Origin: a candidate division Kazan bacterium RIFCSPHIGHO2_01_FULL_44_14
GTDB taxonomy: Bacteria; Patescibacteriota; Kazan-3B-28
Assembly (NCBI GenBank): GCA_001771185.1
Contig: METB01000001.1
Span: forward strand, 439,200 to 503,199
DNA length: 64,000 bases
Reading direction: 5' to 3'
Positions within the stretch are counted from its first letter, which is position 1; the number at the start of each line of letters is the position of its first letter. Under the pieces are notes generated by a model that saw nothing but the letters and a program-made list of their open reading frames with translations, was not told the DNA's origin and made no database searches. A program made the translations under genes and the position numbers. Below are positions 48,981-59,260 of this stretch, piece by piece.

Positions 48981-49594
48981 TGACTGACTATGCTATCAAT
49001 TTGGAAGAGACTCTATCTATCAAAGATAGTTGGGGATATGAAACTGAAGTAGATGCAGTTATTTATCGCAACCAATTTGATAAATATTATCAGGCATACT
49101 CAAAGTCTGGTTTGCAGGAAGACCTAATGTTTAGTTTTATATTCCTTCAGATTTATATAGAGTGTTTTTTGCATGGCTGTATGAGGAAAATTGTTGAAAT
49201 GGAATTCAAGCCGCCTCGTATAAATGTGTACAAAGATTGGACTGGAGGAGAAAAGCGTTCGGTTCAAGACAAATTAGATGCCTTTGTGGGACTCTTTTTT
49301 AGTCTCATAACTGACAAGATCAACGATGATAAAGATGAAATTAAGAGACTCTTCGGTAGCATTAGCTATATCCGCAACCTACTAGTTCATGGCCACAAAG
49401 TTGCAATGTGGTCGAATTCTGATGGCTACTCTGGTATCAGTGAGGCTAAAGCATTCTTAACCTCAGATCAGTTGGGCAACACAGTCAAGGAGGCAAATAA
49501 ACTTGGGGCATTGTGGAATCAGTTATTGGACACAATTTTGCCACAACTCAAAGCATTACAAAGAGTGAGTGATTTTAAGTATAAAGAAATATAA
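48980..49594 (+). CDS. HEPN-like protein (Rx4H motif SYIRNLLVHGH) inserted between mod and res
   Basis: TAATG overlap with the mod stop, and 6 nt before the res start. It is all-alpha by composition. The HEPN assignment rests only on the Rx4-6H motif. Confidence 0.4.
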   Translation: MTDYAINLEETLSIKDSWGYETEVDAVIYRNQFDKYYQAYSKSGLQEDLMFSFIFLQIYIECFLHGCMRKIVEMEFKPPRINVYKDWTGGEKRSVQDKLDAFVGLFFSLITDKINDDKDEIKRLFGSISYIRNLLVHGHKVAMWSNSDGYSGISEAKAFLTSDQLGNTVKEANKLGALWNQLLDTILPQLKALQRVSDFKYKEI

Positions 49595-49600
49595 TTCGCC

Positions 49601-52291
49601 ATGGCATTACATCCTAATTTCCCAAAATCTCCCCATGCTATCTTGAACCCAGATTTACGCTGGTTTCCGGCAGATGAAGCATTGAGAGAGAAAGATTACA
49701 GCAAATTGTTGCCACCACTTGTGGCAAAGCTTCGTAAGGAAGTGGCAATTTGGCGTGACAAGAACTACGAGGGGGCCACGGATACCAGTAAGGGCTTATT
49801 GCAGTGGTGGTTCAAGACGGATCACCCCATGGATGATAGCAATGGCAGAACATACTTATTTGAATATTATTTCGCCCAGCGAGAAGCGGTAGAGACTGTT
49901 ATTTATCTCTATGAAATCGCTGGCGTTAAACAACCTTTAGATCTTCTGAAGTACGATAGCTCGGGAGCCATCTCTACTGGGATGTTCGATGAATCTTGGT
50001 TGAGATTTGTCATTAAGATGGCTACAGGTAGTGGCAAGACGAAGGTCTTAAGTTTGATATTGGCTTGGAGCTATTTCCATAAGATGTATGAAGAATACTC
50101 TCATTTGGCGAGAAACTTCCTAGTGATTACCCCGAACATTATTGTATTGGATCGTATCCGGTCTGATTTTGATGGACTCAAGATTTTCTTTCAAGATCCA
50201 GTTGTGCCAGATAACGGGTTTGAGGGTAAGAACTGGCGAGATGATTTTCAGCTAACACTTCATATTCAGGACGAGATTGGGGTAGTCAATAAAACGGGAA
50301 ACATTTTTCTTACCAATATCCATCGGGTCTATGAAGGTAATGTGACTGAACCGACTTTTAAAGATGAAGACACTACTAACTATTTTCTAGGTAAAAAGCC
50401 TACTGGGGCGACCAATGAATCAAAAGTGGATCTTGGTCAGATTGTGCGTGATGTAGATGAGCTGGTAATCCTGAATGATGAAGCCCATCATATTCACGAC
50501 CCGAGAATGGCCTGGTTTAAGTCCATCGAAGACATCCATAATCGGCTGAAGATGAAGGGGGTGTCGTTATCGCTTCAGCTAGATGTGACAGCCACTCCCA
50601 AACACGATAATGGTTCTATTTTTGTACAAACAGTTAGTGATTATCCGCTGGTCGAAGCCATCCATCAGGATGTGGTGAAGCATCCGGTTCTGCCGGATTC
50701 GGCTAGTCGAGCCAAGCTTCAGGAGCAAAAAAGCTCTATCTTCACCGAAAAGTATAAAGACTATATCCATCTGGGCTTTCTGGAATGGAAAAAGGTATAT
50801 GAGCAACACAAGAAACTCGGCAAGAAAGCTGTTCTGTTTGTAATGACTGATGACACTAAAAATTGCGATGAAGTGGCTGAGTATTTACATAAAACCTATC
50901 CCGAGTTTAGTAATCAAGATTCAGTACTGGTCATTCACACCAAGAATAATGGTGAAATCTCCGAGAGCGTAACTGGCAAAAATGAAGAAGAGCTTAAAGA
51001 GCTTCGTCTAGCGGCCAATAGTATCGATTCATTTGATAGCCCACACAAGGCAATTATTTCTGTGCTGATGTTGAAAGAGGGTTGGGATGTAAAGAATGTA
51101 ACGACTATTGTTGGACTTCGAGCCTATTCTGCCAAAAGCAATATCTTGCCCGAGCAAACACTAGGCAGAGGTCTGCGACGAATGTATAGGGCGGAGAATA
51201 TTACTGAGATGGTGAGCGTGGTGGGTACCGATGCGTTTATGGACTTTGTTGAGTCTATTAAAAGCGAGGGTGTGGAATTGGAACGTCGCAAGATGGGTGA
51301 GGGTACTGAACCTAATGCTCCGTTAGTCATTGAGGTTGATAACGAAAATACCAAGAAGGATATCGCTAAACTGGACATTGAGATTCCTGTTCTGACTCCT
51401 CGGATCTATCGGGAATACAAAAACCTGTCGGATTTGAATTTGGCAGGTCTTCAGTACAAGAAAATCGAGCTTAAACAATTCTCTAAAGAGGAACAGCGAG
51501 AGATTGTTTTTAGGGACATAGCTACCGGAAATATTACCCATACCACCAAGTTTGATACGGAGTTTACGCCGAATTATCAGAGTGTTATTGGCTACTTTAC
51601 GCAAGTGATTATGAAGGAACTTCGGCTGGTTAGCGGTTATGATGTTTTGTATGGCAAGGTAAAAGAATTTATTCAAAGTAGTCTCTTTACCAAGTCGGTA
51701 GATTTGGAAGACCTTAACATACTGCGTAACTTGTCAGAACTAGAAGTGACCAAGACTATAGTTGAGACTTTCAAAAAAGCTATCAACGCTCTGACAGTTC
51801 TGGATAAAGGGGAGGCCGAAATCAGGGACTACATTAAGGTCAGTAAGAGTCGGCCGTTTGTCACCAGAGAGCAGGGTTATCTTTTGCCCAAGAAAAGTGT
51901 CTTTAACAAAATTGTCGGAGACAGTCATCTTGAGCTAGAGTTTGCCAGTTTTCTAGAAGAAGCCGAGGATGTAGTTTCTTATATCAAGAATTATTTTTCT
52001 GTCTACTTCCGAATTGACTATCAAAACAGTAGTGGTGATATCTCTAACTTTTATCCCGACTTCATCGTTAAGTTGTCTGAGAAAGAGGTCTATATTGTCG
52101 AGACTAAAGGTAGGGAAGACCTGGACGACATTGAGAAAATAAACCGACTTCGACAGTGGTGTCAGGATATCAACGAAGTACAAAAGAAGGCCACCTACAA
52201 AATGCTATATGTGAAGCAAGAGGATTGGGATAAGTTAGACCATAAACCAGGGTCTTTTGCCGAGGCTGTCCGACTTTTTGAAGATAAATAA
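49601..52291 (+). CDS. Type III restriction enzyme Res subunit (SF2 helicase plus C-terminal PD-(D/E)xK nuclease)
   Basis: Walker A ATGSGKTKV, DEAH box LNDEAHHI, C-terminal PDFIV...YIVETKG. Confidence 0.85.
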   Translation: MALHPNFPKSPHAILNPDLRWFPADEALREKDYSKLLPPLVAKLRKEVAIWRDKNYEGATDTSKGLLQWWFKTDHPMDDSNGRTYLFEYYFAQREAVETVIYLYEIAGVKQPLDLLKYDSSGAISTGMFDESWLRFVIKMATGSGKTKVLSLILAWSYFHKMYEEYSHLARNFLVITPNIIVLDRIRSDFDGLKIFFQDPVVPDNGFEGKNWRDDFQLTLHIQDEIGVVNKTGNIFLTNIHRVYEGNVTEPTFKDEDTTNYFLGKKPTGATNESKVDLGQIVRDVDELVILNDEAHHIHDPRMAWFKSIEDIHNRLKMKGVSLSLQLDVTATPKHDNGSIFVQTVSDYPLVEAIHQDVVKHPVLPDSASRAKLQEQKSSIFTEKYKDYIHLGFLEWKKVYEQHKKLGKKAVLFVMTDDTKNCDEVAEYLHKTYPEFSNQDSVLVIHTKNNGEISESVTGKNEEELKELRLAANSIDSFDSPHKAIISVLMLKEGWDVKNVTTIVGLRAYSAKSNILPEQTLGRGLRRMYRAENITEMVSVVGTDAFMDFVESIKSEGVELERRKMGEGTEPNAPLVIEVDNENTKKDIAKLDIEIPVLTPRIYREYKNLSDLNLAGLQYKKIELKQFSKEEQREIVFRDIATGNITHTTKFDTEFTPNYQSVIGYFTQVIMKELRLVSGYDVLYGKVKEFIQSSLFTKSVDLEDLNILRNLSELEVTKTIVETFKKAINALTVLDKGEAEIRDYIKVSKSRPFVTREQGYLLPKKSVFNKIVGDSHLELEFASFLEEAEDVVSYIKNYFSVYFRIDYQNSSGDISNFYPDFIVKLSEKEVYIVETKGREDLDDIEKINRLRQWCQDINEVQKKATYKMLYVKQEDWDKLDHKPGSFAEAVRLFEDK

Positions 52292-52298
52292 ATGGAAT

Positions 52299-54014
52299 AT
52301 GTCATTTCTACCAAAAATCTTTAATGCATTATCTCGGCATACCAACAAGGGGGTTGCGGTTGCTACGGTGGTTGGGGATACGAATAGTATCGAAGTCACT
52401 CCAGAATACAATAAGGTATTAGATTTAATTGAGGGTGGAGCTCCTATCACACTAGTTAGTGGTGCTGGTGGAACTGGCAAATCGACACTTATCAAATTTC
52501 TGGAAAAGACCCTGCGTCGTAAGATAGTGAAATTGGCACCAACGGGGGTGGCCGCGATTAACGTTGGCGGACAAACACTTCATTCATTTTTTCAGCTTCC
52601 GCACCAAATTCTCACCAAAGACCATGTGAAGCGGATATATCAGAAGAAACTGTATCAGCAGATTGGGTTGCTGGTTATTGACGAGGTTTCTATGGTGCGA
52701 CCAGATGTTTTGGATGCCATAGATCACTTTTTGCGGATCAATGGTCCTGACGGAGCAAGACCATTCGGAGGGGTTCAGCTATTGCTGATAGGGGATCATT
52801 TTCAGCTTCCTCCTGTGACCCCGACATCAGAGGATGCCGTTCTTAGGCAAATGGGATACAACTTTGAGCGGCACTACTGGTTTCATGCTAAGTGTGTTCA
52901 AGATCTTCCGATTGAATATGTTGAGTTAACTCATATCTATCGGCAAACCGATGCCCATTTTATTAACCTCTTAAGTAAGATTCGGGTTGGTAATGATTTG
53001 GCCAATGTGATTAAGGAAATCAATGAGAAATGTTTTGATACCGAATATCAATCGGATTTATGTACTACAGTTACGGCGACCAATAGGGTGGCTGATTTTA
53101 TTAACCAAGCTAAGTTTGACGCCCTGCCGGGGCAGGTTTATAAATTTGAGGGTTATATCGATGGCAAGTTTGCCGCCGAGAAGGAAAAACTACCCTCTCC
53201 ATCGGAGCTGTTTTTGAAAAAAGGAACTCGGGTGATGTTCACTAAGAACGATTCAAGGAAGAGGTGGGTTAACGGAAGTACAGGTATTGTCGAGGAGGTC
53301 GACGAGAAAGAAATCAGAGTAAAAATGCTAAACTCTAGTTTGGTTTATTCGGTAGAGAAAGCCAAGTGGCAAAATCTGAAATATGTTTACAACCAAAAGA
53401 CGGAGAAGTTAGATACGGAGATTGTTGGGGAATATGTACAATATCCGCTGAAATGGGGATGGGCTATTACTATTCATAAAGCTCAGGGCAAAACTCTAGA
53501 CGAGATTATTATCGACCTAGGTAATGGAGGGGCGTTTGAGACAGGTCAGGTCTATGTGGCTTTGAGCCGTTGCCGGACATTGGAGAATATTCATCTTAGA
53601 CGACCTCTGAATCTTAGTGATGTAAAGTGGTGTCCGATTATCAAGGAGTTTGACGATTATCTGTCTGGTCGTATGGAGAAACTAGTGTCTATTGGTGAAG
53701 GTGAGCTTCCAGAGGACACTGACGACTTAGCGAAGGCGCTGGAGAAGAGGAGAGCACTAAGTGGCGAACTACATCAGGTAATAGCCAAGATTGGTAAAGC
53801 CATATCTAGCTCAGGTATCGATATAGCGGGTCTCCCGGGGAATGAGAGTAGGGATAAATCCTACGAGCCGTGGGATGAGACAGAAGACGATATGTTGCGT
53901 CTTCGTTTTCAAGAAGGAATACCAATAAAAGATATTGCCAAGCTTCATGCGCGGACTATTGGAGCCATACGCTCCAGATTAGACAAATTGGGGGTTACGG
54001 TGGAAGTCGGGTAA
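52299..54014 (+). CDS. Pif1/RecD-family SF1 helicase with a C-terminal sigma-70-region-4-like HTH
   Basis: Walker A SGAGGTGKST, Walker B LLVIDEVSM, and a C-terminal segment (YVALSRCRTLENIHL) typical of Pif1-like helicases. C-terminal HTH LRLRFQEGIPIKDIAKLHARTIGAIRSRL. Confidence 0.7.
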   Translation: MSFLPKIFNALSRHTNKGVAVATVVGDTNSIEVTPEYNKVLDLIEGGAPITLVSGAGGTGKSTLIKFLEKTLRRKIVKLAPTGVAAINVGGQTLHSFFQLPHQILTKDHVKRIYQKKLYQQIGLLVIDEVSMVRPDVLDAIDHFLRINGPDGARPFGGVQLLLIGDHFQLPPVTPTSEDAVLRQMGYNFERHYWFHAKCVQDLPIEYVELTHIYRQTDAHFINLLSKIRVGNDLANVIKEINEKCFDTEYQSDLCTTVTATNRVADFINQAKFDALPGQVYKFEGYIDGKFAAEKEKLPSPSELFLKKGTRVMFTKNDSRKRWVNGSTGIVEEVDEKEIRVKMLNSSLVYSVEKAKWQNLKYVYNQKTEKLDTEIVGEYVQYPLKWGWAITIHKAQGKTLDEIIIDLGNGGAFETGQVYVALSRCRTLENIHLRRPLNLSDVKWCPIIKEFDDYLSGRMEKLVSIGEGELPEDTDDLAKALEKRRALSGELHQVIAKIGKAISSSGIDIAGLPGNESRDKSYEPWDETEDDMLRLRFQEGIPIKDIAKLHARTIGAIRSRLDKLGVTVEVG

Positions 54015-54034
54015 TAACGTAACTAAGTAAATCA

Positions 54035-55519
54035 ATGCAGCTCTCAAAATCTGATTACATGTTGTTTCTACGCCATCCGGCTTGGTTATGGCTCAAGAAA
54101 CACGCCAAAGATAAATTACCCCCTGTGGATGAAGATACTCAGGCGATTTTTGATGCTGGTTTCCTGTTCGAGACATACGCTGAACAGCTTTTCCCTGATG
54201 CAACAAAGTTAGAATACGATCGAGGGGACTATCAGGCATATGGAAAGCTAACTGCCGAGACAAAACAAGCGATAGCATCCGGAGCTACCACCATTATGCA
54301 AGGTCGTTTTGAGGCTGGTGATATCACGTGCATTTGTGATGTGCTGGTCCGAGTCAAGGATAATGAGTTTGACCTTTATGAAATTAAATCTAGTACTCAC
54401 GCTAAGCCCGAGCATGAGCCTGATTTAGCTTTTCAGATGGTAGTGCTAGAAGATTGCGGTTATACGGTTAACAAAATCTATGTCGTTCATGTAAATAATG
54501 AATACGTTAGAAACGGAGAGGTCACAGCCAAGGATCTAGCCAAGATGACTGAAGTTATTGACCAAGTTAAAGCATTGCGAGAAACTACCAGGGAGAATAT
54601 CAAACAAGCTCTGGAAGTTATGAATTCCAAAGAATGTCCAGATATCTCACCATCCTTGGCGAAGCTGGGAGCTTTTAATGATTGGCTGGGAATCTTCAAG
54701 ACTCTGGCAGAGGTAGAAGAATATAGTATTTATGATCTCTGTTCTCCTGGTGCAAGTAAGATTGGCAAACTGGAAGCATTGGGCATCAAGCAGATAAAAG
54801 ATATCCCAGAGGATTTTGCTCTAAGTGTAAAACAGCAAAGCCAAGTTCGGGCAACTAAGACTAACGAAGTATGTGTGGACAAGCCAAAGATTAAGCAGTT
54901 TTTGTCTGAGCTAAAATATCCTCTATATTTTCTTGATTACGAGACCCTATCTAGCGTAGTGCCATATTTCGATGGGCTAGGGCCTTATAAGCAATTGCCA
55001 TTCCAATATTCTCTGCATGTTATTGAAAAGCCGGGTGGTGAAGTAAATCATTTTGAATATTTGCATCAGGACAACAGCAACCCAGCACAACCAATCTCGG
55101 AATCGCTGAAGTCGCAAATCGGTGATAGTGGCACAGTCTTGGTTTGGTTTGAGGGTTTTGAAAAAACCTGCAACGAGCTATTGGGTGCCCTGCTCCCAGA
55201 GTTCACAACTTTCTTCAAAGACCTGAATGACCGCATCGTTGACCTAATGATTCCTTTTTCGACTTGCTCCTATGTCCACAAAGATTTTTTCGGGAGTACC
55301 TCGATTAAACAGGTATTACCGGTCCTGATTCCTGAACTTTCATATAAAGATTTAGATATCCATGCTGGTGGAGCAGCTCAACGGCTATGGATGGAGGCGG
55401 TATTGGATGGAAAAAGAGCTGATGAAAAAGATAAGATTCTTAAGGACTTAAAACAATACTGCGAGTTGGATACCTACGCGATGGTGAAGATATTCCAGTT
55501 CATTTCTGACATCAAATAG
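54035..55519 (+). CDS. DUF2779-like protein with an N-terminal Cas4/RecB-like PD-(D/E)xK nuclease motif
   Basis: CDVLVRVKDNEFDLYEIKSST gives D...ExK. The C-terminal YFLDYETL...PFQYSLH region is recalled as DUF2779-like. Confidence 0.5.
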   Translation: MQLSKSDYMLFLRHPAWLWLKKHAKDKLPPVDEDTQAIFDAGFLFETYAEQLFPDATKLEYDRGDYQAYGKLTAETKQAIASGATTIMQGRFEAGDITCICDVLVRVKDNEFDLYEIKSSTHAKPEHEPDLAFQMVVLEDCGYTVNKIYVVHVNNEYVRNGEVTAKDLAKMTEVIDQVKALRETTRENIKQALEVMNSKECPDISPSLAKLGAFNDWLGIFKTLAEVEEYSIYDLCSPGASKIGKLEALGIKQIKDIPEDFALSVKQQSQVRATKTNEVCVDKPKIKQFLSELKYPLYFLDYETLSSVVPYFDGLGPYKQLPFQYSLHVIEKPGGEVNHFEYLHQDNSNPAQPISESLKSQIGDSGTVLVWFEGFEKTCNELLGALLPEFTTFFKDLNDRIVDLMIPFSTCSYVHKDFFGSTSIKQVLPVLIPELSYKDLDIHAGGAAQRLWMEAVLDGKRADEKDKILKDLKQYCELDTYAMVKIFQFISDIK

Positions 55520-55647
55520 CTCCATACTTTGTGCAACAGCTCTGGCGGTGTAAAATAGGGCCAGTGAAACGATTTAGGAGACAATAAGCAAACGCAACCA
55601 AGTCGGGTCCGGAAACGGACGAGACGGAATGGTTGTGTTTTTTGTAT

Positions 55648-55722
55648 GCCGAGGTAGCTCATTGGTAGAGCGAGAGCTTGAAAAGCTCTGCGTAGGAGGT
55701 TCAATTCCTTCCCTCGGCACCA
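55648..55722 (+). tRNA. tRNA-Phe (anticodon GAA)
   Basis: GCCGAGG acceptor, D-arm GCTCATTGGTAGAGC, anticodon loop TTGAAAA, T-loop GGAGGTTCAATTCCTTC, CCA encoded. Confidence 0.8.
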
Positions 55723-55724
55723 AT

Positions 55725-55799
55725 GCCCCCGTAGGCTAACGGATAGACCAAGTCGCTTCTATCGACAGAGTGAGGGTTCGATTCCTTCCGGGGGCACCA
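55725..55799 (+). tRNA. tRNA-Arg (anticodon UCU), weak D-stem
   Basis: GCCCCCG/CGGGGGC acceptor, anticodon loop CTTCTAT, T-loop GAGGGTTCGATTCCTTC, CCA encoded. It lies 2 nt after tRNA-Phe. Confidence 0.65.
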
Positions 55800-55825
55800 G
55801 TTTCATTTTGTCAAAGTTTATTTTT

Positions 55826-57448
55826 TTACCACCTTCTGGAGGCGCGTCCCCAGCCGTGAGGGTCATTTTCCTCTAGATTATCGAGTAATCCACCTGATCG
55901 TCCTCTCCGTTTTCTGGTCTCGGTTTCTAGAGTTTCCCTCTCCCAGCCAGTAGTGCCATCAGGGGAGTAACAAAGATCACCATTTCTATCTCGGTATACG
56001 ATACCGATATTACAGTTAATCTTGTCATCCGCCATTACCCTAAGCACTAGCATTGTAAACGCATCGGCTAAGTCATCGTATCTTTCTCGGCCAAAACCCG
56101 TAATCTGATGAATCAACTCTTCTGCTCCTTTACGAGGGAACAATACTTTACCAGTTTGAATCAGGGCAGTGGTGGTGGACAGACGAGACCGTTTATCATT
56201 CTTACTGGTAAATTCCTCGGCGGTGATACCTTGGGTTTTAAGGTGTTGACCGAAGGCCGCTTGGTAAGCCGTGCTGTCGAAACAGAGTTTTACCGTGTAA
56301 TGTTGTTTAGTCCAAGACTTGTAGGATTCGATAACGGTTTGCACCGATGTCGGGAAGTCCATCCGCCGATTAATTGGGCCGGGCAGAATGTTGATTTGTA
56401 AACCATTCCTGCCACTATAAACCAGTGCTGTAACCACGGCAGTGTAGTTAGCTGATTCTTTTTCCGAAATCGCTAGATCAACCGCCATCGAAACATATCG
56501 CAATTTGGGGTCGTTCATACCCGGGGTTTGGTTTGGCAACTCATCATAGTAATGTAGCCACTCGGGATGCACAACTCGTTCGGCATCGGAAATAATCTTC
56601 AACAGATATTCTCGGCTCCAATCGATATCATCTGCTACCGTGCGCTTTTCATCATTGATGGCATCTTCGTCGGGATACTTGCCTGGCCAGAGACAATTGC
56701 CGTCGTAATCGATGAGGGGGTAGAACTCAAACACTCCGTCTCGTTTACTCTCTCGGATTTCTTTGCGTAATCGCATAATTAACGAGTCGTCGTGCAGTAA
56801 GTTTCCGATGACGACAATATTGGTGCGCCGGTCGCCAGTCGGAATTAGATCGCCCTTAAACCAGCGATAAGTTTTATCTCGGCTATCTTGGGTGGCGACA
56901 GAGTTCAAATCTTCGACATCATCACAGATGATTAAATCTGGTCGATAGGTGCCATACCTGATGCCTCGGATACCTTCTTCAACCGATGCCACTACAATTC
57001 TAGCTTTGTATTTAGACAGCTCAATCGTGCCACCACCCCACTTGGTGTTGCTACTTCGGAAAGGTCCCATATCTGCTTTAAGCAGAGTGTTGTCGGTTAG
57101 CTCCGCCTTCAAGCTTTCCAGTAGTCGTCTCGCCATGTCTTGAGTTTTGCTGGTGATAAGAATGTGCTTTTTTTGGAGCTTGCCCATAATCGCCCACAGA
57201 GGATAGGACAAGCTAATTAGGGTGCTCTTGCCCGATGCCCTAAAGGCACAAATTACTAGTGTCTTTATTTTAGTGTCTTGAGTTAGCTCGAAGATCTCTT
57301 TCTGGAAATCGGCGGTTTCGTATTGCACATAGTGGGGGAGATAGATACTGAAAAACATCAGATGAGCGTCCCTGGCCGCTTCAATCCGCATCCCCTGGTT
57401 GTTGATAATCTGACTAATCCACTTATCTCGTTCGTCATTGTTTAACAT
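55826..57448 (-). CDS. Phage terminase large subunit
   Basis: N-terminal ATPase with Walker A (AFRASGKST) and a C-terminal RNase-H-like nuclease region. 540 aa. Confidence 0.75.
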   Translation of the reverse strand: MLNNDERDKWISQIINNQGMRIEAARDAHLMFFSIYLPHYVQYETADFQKEIFELTQDTKIKTLVICAFRASGKSTLISLSYPLWAIMGKLQKKHILITSKTQDMARRLLESLKAELTDNTLLKADMGPFRSSNTKWGGGTIELSKYKARIVVASVEEGIRGIRYGTYRPDLIICDDVEDLNSVATQDSRDKTYRWFKGDLIPTGDRRTNIVVIGNLLHDDSLIMRLRKEIRESKRDGVFEFYPLIDYDGNCLWPGKYPDEDAINDEKRTVADDIDWSREYLLKIISDAERVVHPEWLHYYDELPNQTPGMNDPKLRYVSMAVDLAISEKESANYTAVVTALVYSGRNGLQINILPGPINRRMDFPTSVQTVIESYKSWTKQHYTVKLCFDSTAYQAAFGQHLKTQGITAEEFTSKNDKRSRLSTTTALIQTGKVLFPRKGAEELIHQITGFGRERYDDLADAFTMLVLRVMADDKINCNIGIVYRDRNGDLCYSPDGTTGWERETLETETRKRRGRSGGLLDNLEENDPHGWGRASRRW

Positions 57449-57848
57449 TTTTCCCTCCTATCGGTTTACCTTTATATATTCCAGCCAATGACAGAGCTTT
57501 TTTGATGAGAGCCCGTTGGGCTGGTGTTAACGGACTATCTTTGTGTTCCACTTTCGCCATTACTTGCAATTTCTCGGCATAAGACGAATGTCGATTGCGG
57601 AGCCAAAACATCAGGGCAGTCATGTTTTGGTTCTTAATTGCCGTCAATAATTGAGACTCCGCAAGGTCGTTGATCAGGTCGCATCCCTCTGCCAACGCCT
57701 TGTCCGCTTGCTGGGCAAAGGTTTTACTTTCTCGTTTCCACCGATAGAAGGTCGCTCGGCTGATGCCAGTTTTCTGGCAAGCGGTCTGAACAATAGGTGT
57801 TCGGCGGAGAATTTCCAGTACTTCTTCTTTTTGGCTCATTGGTTTCAT
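57435..57848 (-). CDS. Putative terminase small subunit / HTH DNA-binding protein
   Basis: HTH (ACQKTGISRATFYRWKRE) immediately upstream of, and overlapping, the large-terminase gene. Confidence 0.5.
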   Translation of the reverse strand: MKPMSQKEEVLEILRRTPIVQTACQKTGISRATFYRWKRESKTFAQQADKALAEGCDLINDLAESQLLTAIKNQNMTALMFWLRNRHSSYAEKLQVMAKVEHKDSPLTPAQRALIKKALSLAGIYKGKPIGGKNVKQ

Positions 57849-59170
57849 CGTACTTTTACTCCTTTCTGCCCAGTCAGTTTTTCCCATCTATTCCGGATTA
57901 CACAAGCGTATGTAGGAGATTTTTCGGAAATATAACATTTTCTTCCGAGTTTTTCACAAGCGATTAAAGTTGAACCTGAGCCACCGAATGGTTCAATCAC
58001 CCAGTCACCACGCTTGGTCAACACCTTGATGTAGGGGATTAATATCTCAATTGGCTTAACGCCAAAGATAATCCCTTGACCAGAACTCTTCTCATCCGCC
58101 ACATTGAACTCGATGAAGTCAGTCGGCTGGTACTTCTTGCCTTTTTCATACCCCTCCCATTGGGGTTTACCTTGGATGGCAAACAACGCTGTTTCGTATT
58201 CGTTTTGGAGTAGCTCATCCTCTGGCTCTAAGTTGAAGGATGGTTCACCGCCTTGTCCGACCATGGCGATATCGTGTTTGCTGAAAAACTTATATTTAGC
58301 CGCGAATCCTTGGTTGCGATTGGGAGTGTGCCAAACGATCATGTTTTTTACTTTCCAATGTTTGGCCATCTCACCCCAAATGGTGGGGATATTCTTCCAG
58401 TTCTCATAACATAGGATTGAAAAGTTGGGAGAAGCCATTTTAGCGATGTTCGTCATCCAAAGCTCCGTAAAGTTATCCGGCAACTCATCGGTCTCCAAAT
58501 ACTTGCGGTCTCGCTTGAACCCGAATCCCTCAGTCGGTTTGCCATGCTTCTTCTTGCCTTTGAGATAATCCAAAATGTACGGGGGGTCCGTGAGGCAGAG
58601 AGATGGCGGTGTTTCGCAGACCAGTCCAGTAATATGAGCTTCGTCAGTTGAGTCGCCACAAGCAAGATAATGATTACCTAATTTCCAGAGGTCGCCCTTT
58701 TGGATGTCTATATCGGTGATACCTATCTTGTCTAACTCTTTTTGTAGGTCGAACACTTCGGGGGTCTCGTCGATGCCAGTAATCTCGTCCATTTCTTCAC
58801 TGGAAAAACCAACATCAGTTAGCAGCGCTGGATCAAATTCTGCCAGCAAGTCTAGGTCCCAAGCGCCAAGGTTGCGGTTTAACCTCAAGTTCAGTTCTCG
58901 TTCACGCTCTATCTCGGGGATGTTCACAAACACTACAGGCACTTCTTTGATGCCGAGGTCTTTGGCCACCTTCAAGCGGAAATGACCCCCTATAATAATG
59001 TTCTCTCTCCCGGGAGCATTATTGCAGAGGATGGGATCGACCATCCCAAACTTACGGACGCTGTCAGTCAGCTGTTGAATAGCTGACTCATCCCAACGAC
59101 GAGGATTATATGTGCTCGGCTTGAGCTCGGAAACCGGCAGGTAGCGAACGGCCAGATTATCTTTATCCAT
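57845..59170 (-). CDS. ParB-like nuclease domain fused to a beta-class DNA methyltransferase
   Basis: N-terminal ParB/Srx motif (IIGGHFRL), central DPPY (CLTDPPYILDY), C-terminal motif I (IEPFGGSGST). A fusion common in phages. Confidence 0.75.
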   Translation of the reverse strand: MDKDNLAVRYLPVSELKPSTYNPRRWDESAIQQLTDSVRKFGMVDPILCNNAPGRENIIIGGHFRLKVAKDLGIKEVPVVFVNIPEIERERELNLRLNRNLGAWDLDLLAEFDPALLTDVGFSSEEMDEITGIDETPEVFDLQKELDKIGITDIDIQKGDLWKLGNHYLACGDSTDEAHITGLVCETPPSLCLTDPPYILDYLKGKKKHGKPTEGFGFKRDRKYLETDELPDNFTELWMTNIAKMASPNFSILCYENWKNIPTIWGEMAKHWKVKNMIVWHTPNRNQGFAAKYKFFSKHDIAMVGQGGEPSFNLEPEDELLQNEYETALFAIQGKPQWEGYEKGKKYQPTDFIEFNVADEKSSGQGIIFGVKPIEILIPYIKVLTKRGDWVIEPFGGSGSTLIACEKLGRKCYISEKSPTYACVIRNRWEKLTGQKGVKVR

Positions 59171-59260
59171 AGTATTTTTTTAAAAATATAACTGACCCAA
59201 TCGTAGAATCAAAAAGAACTCCCAAGGGGGAGTTCTTTAATGTTCCGGATGTGTTATCTG

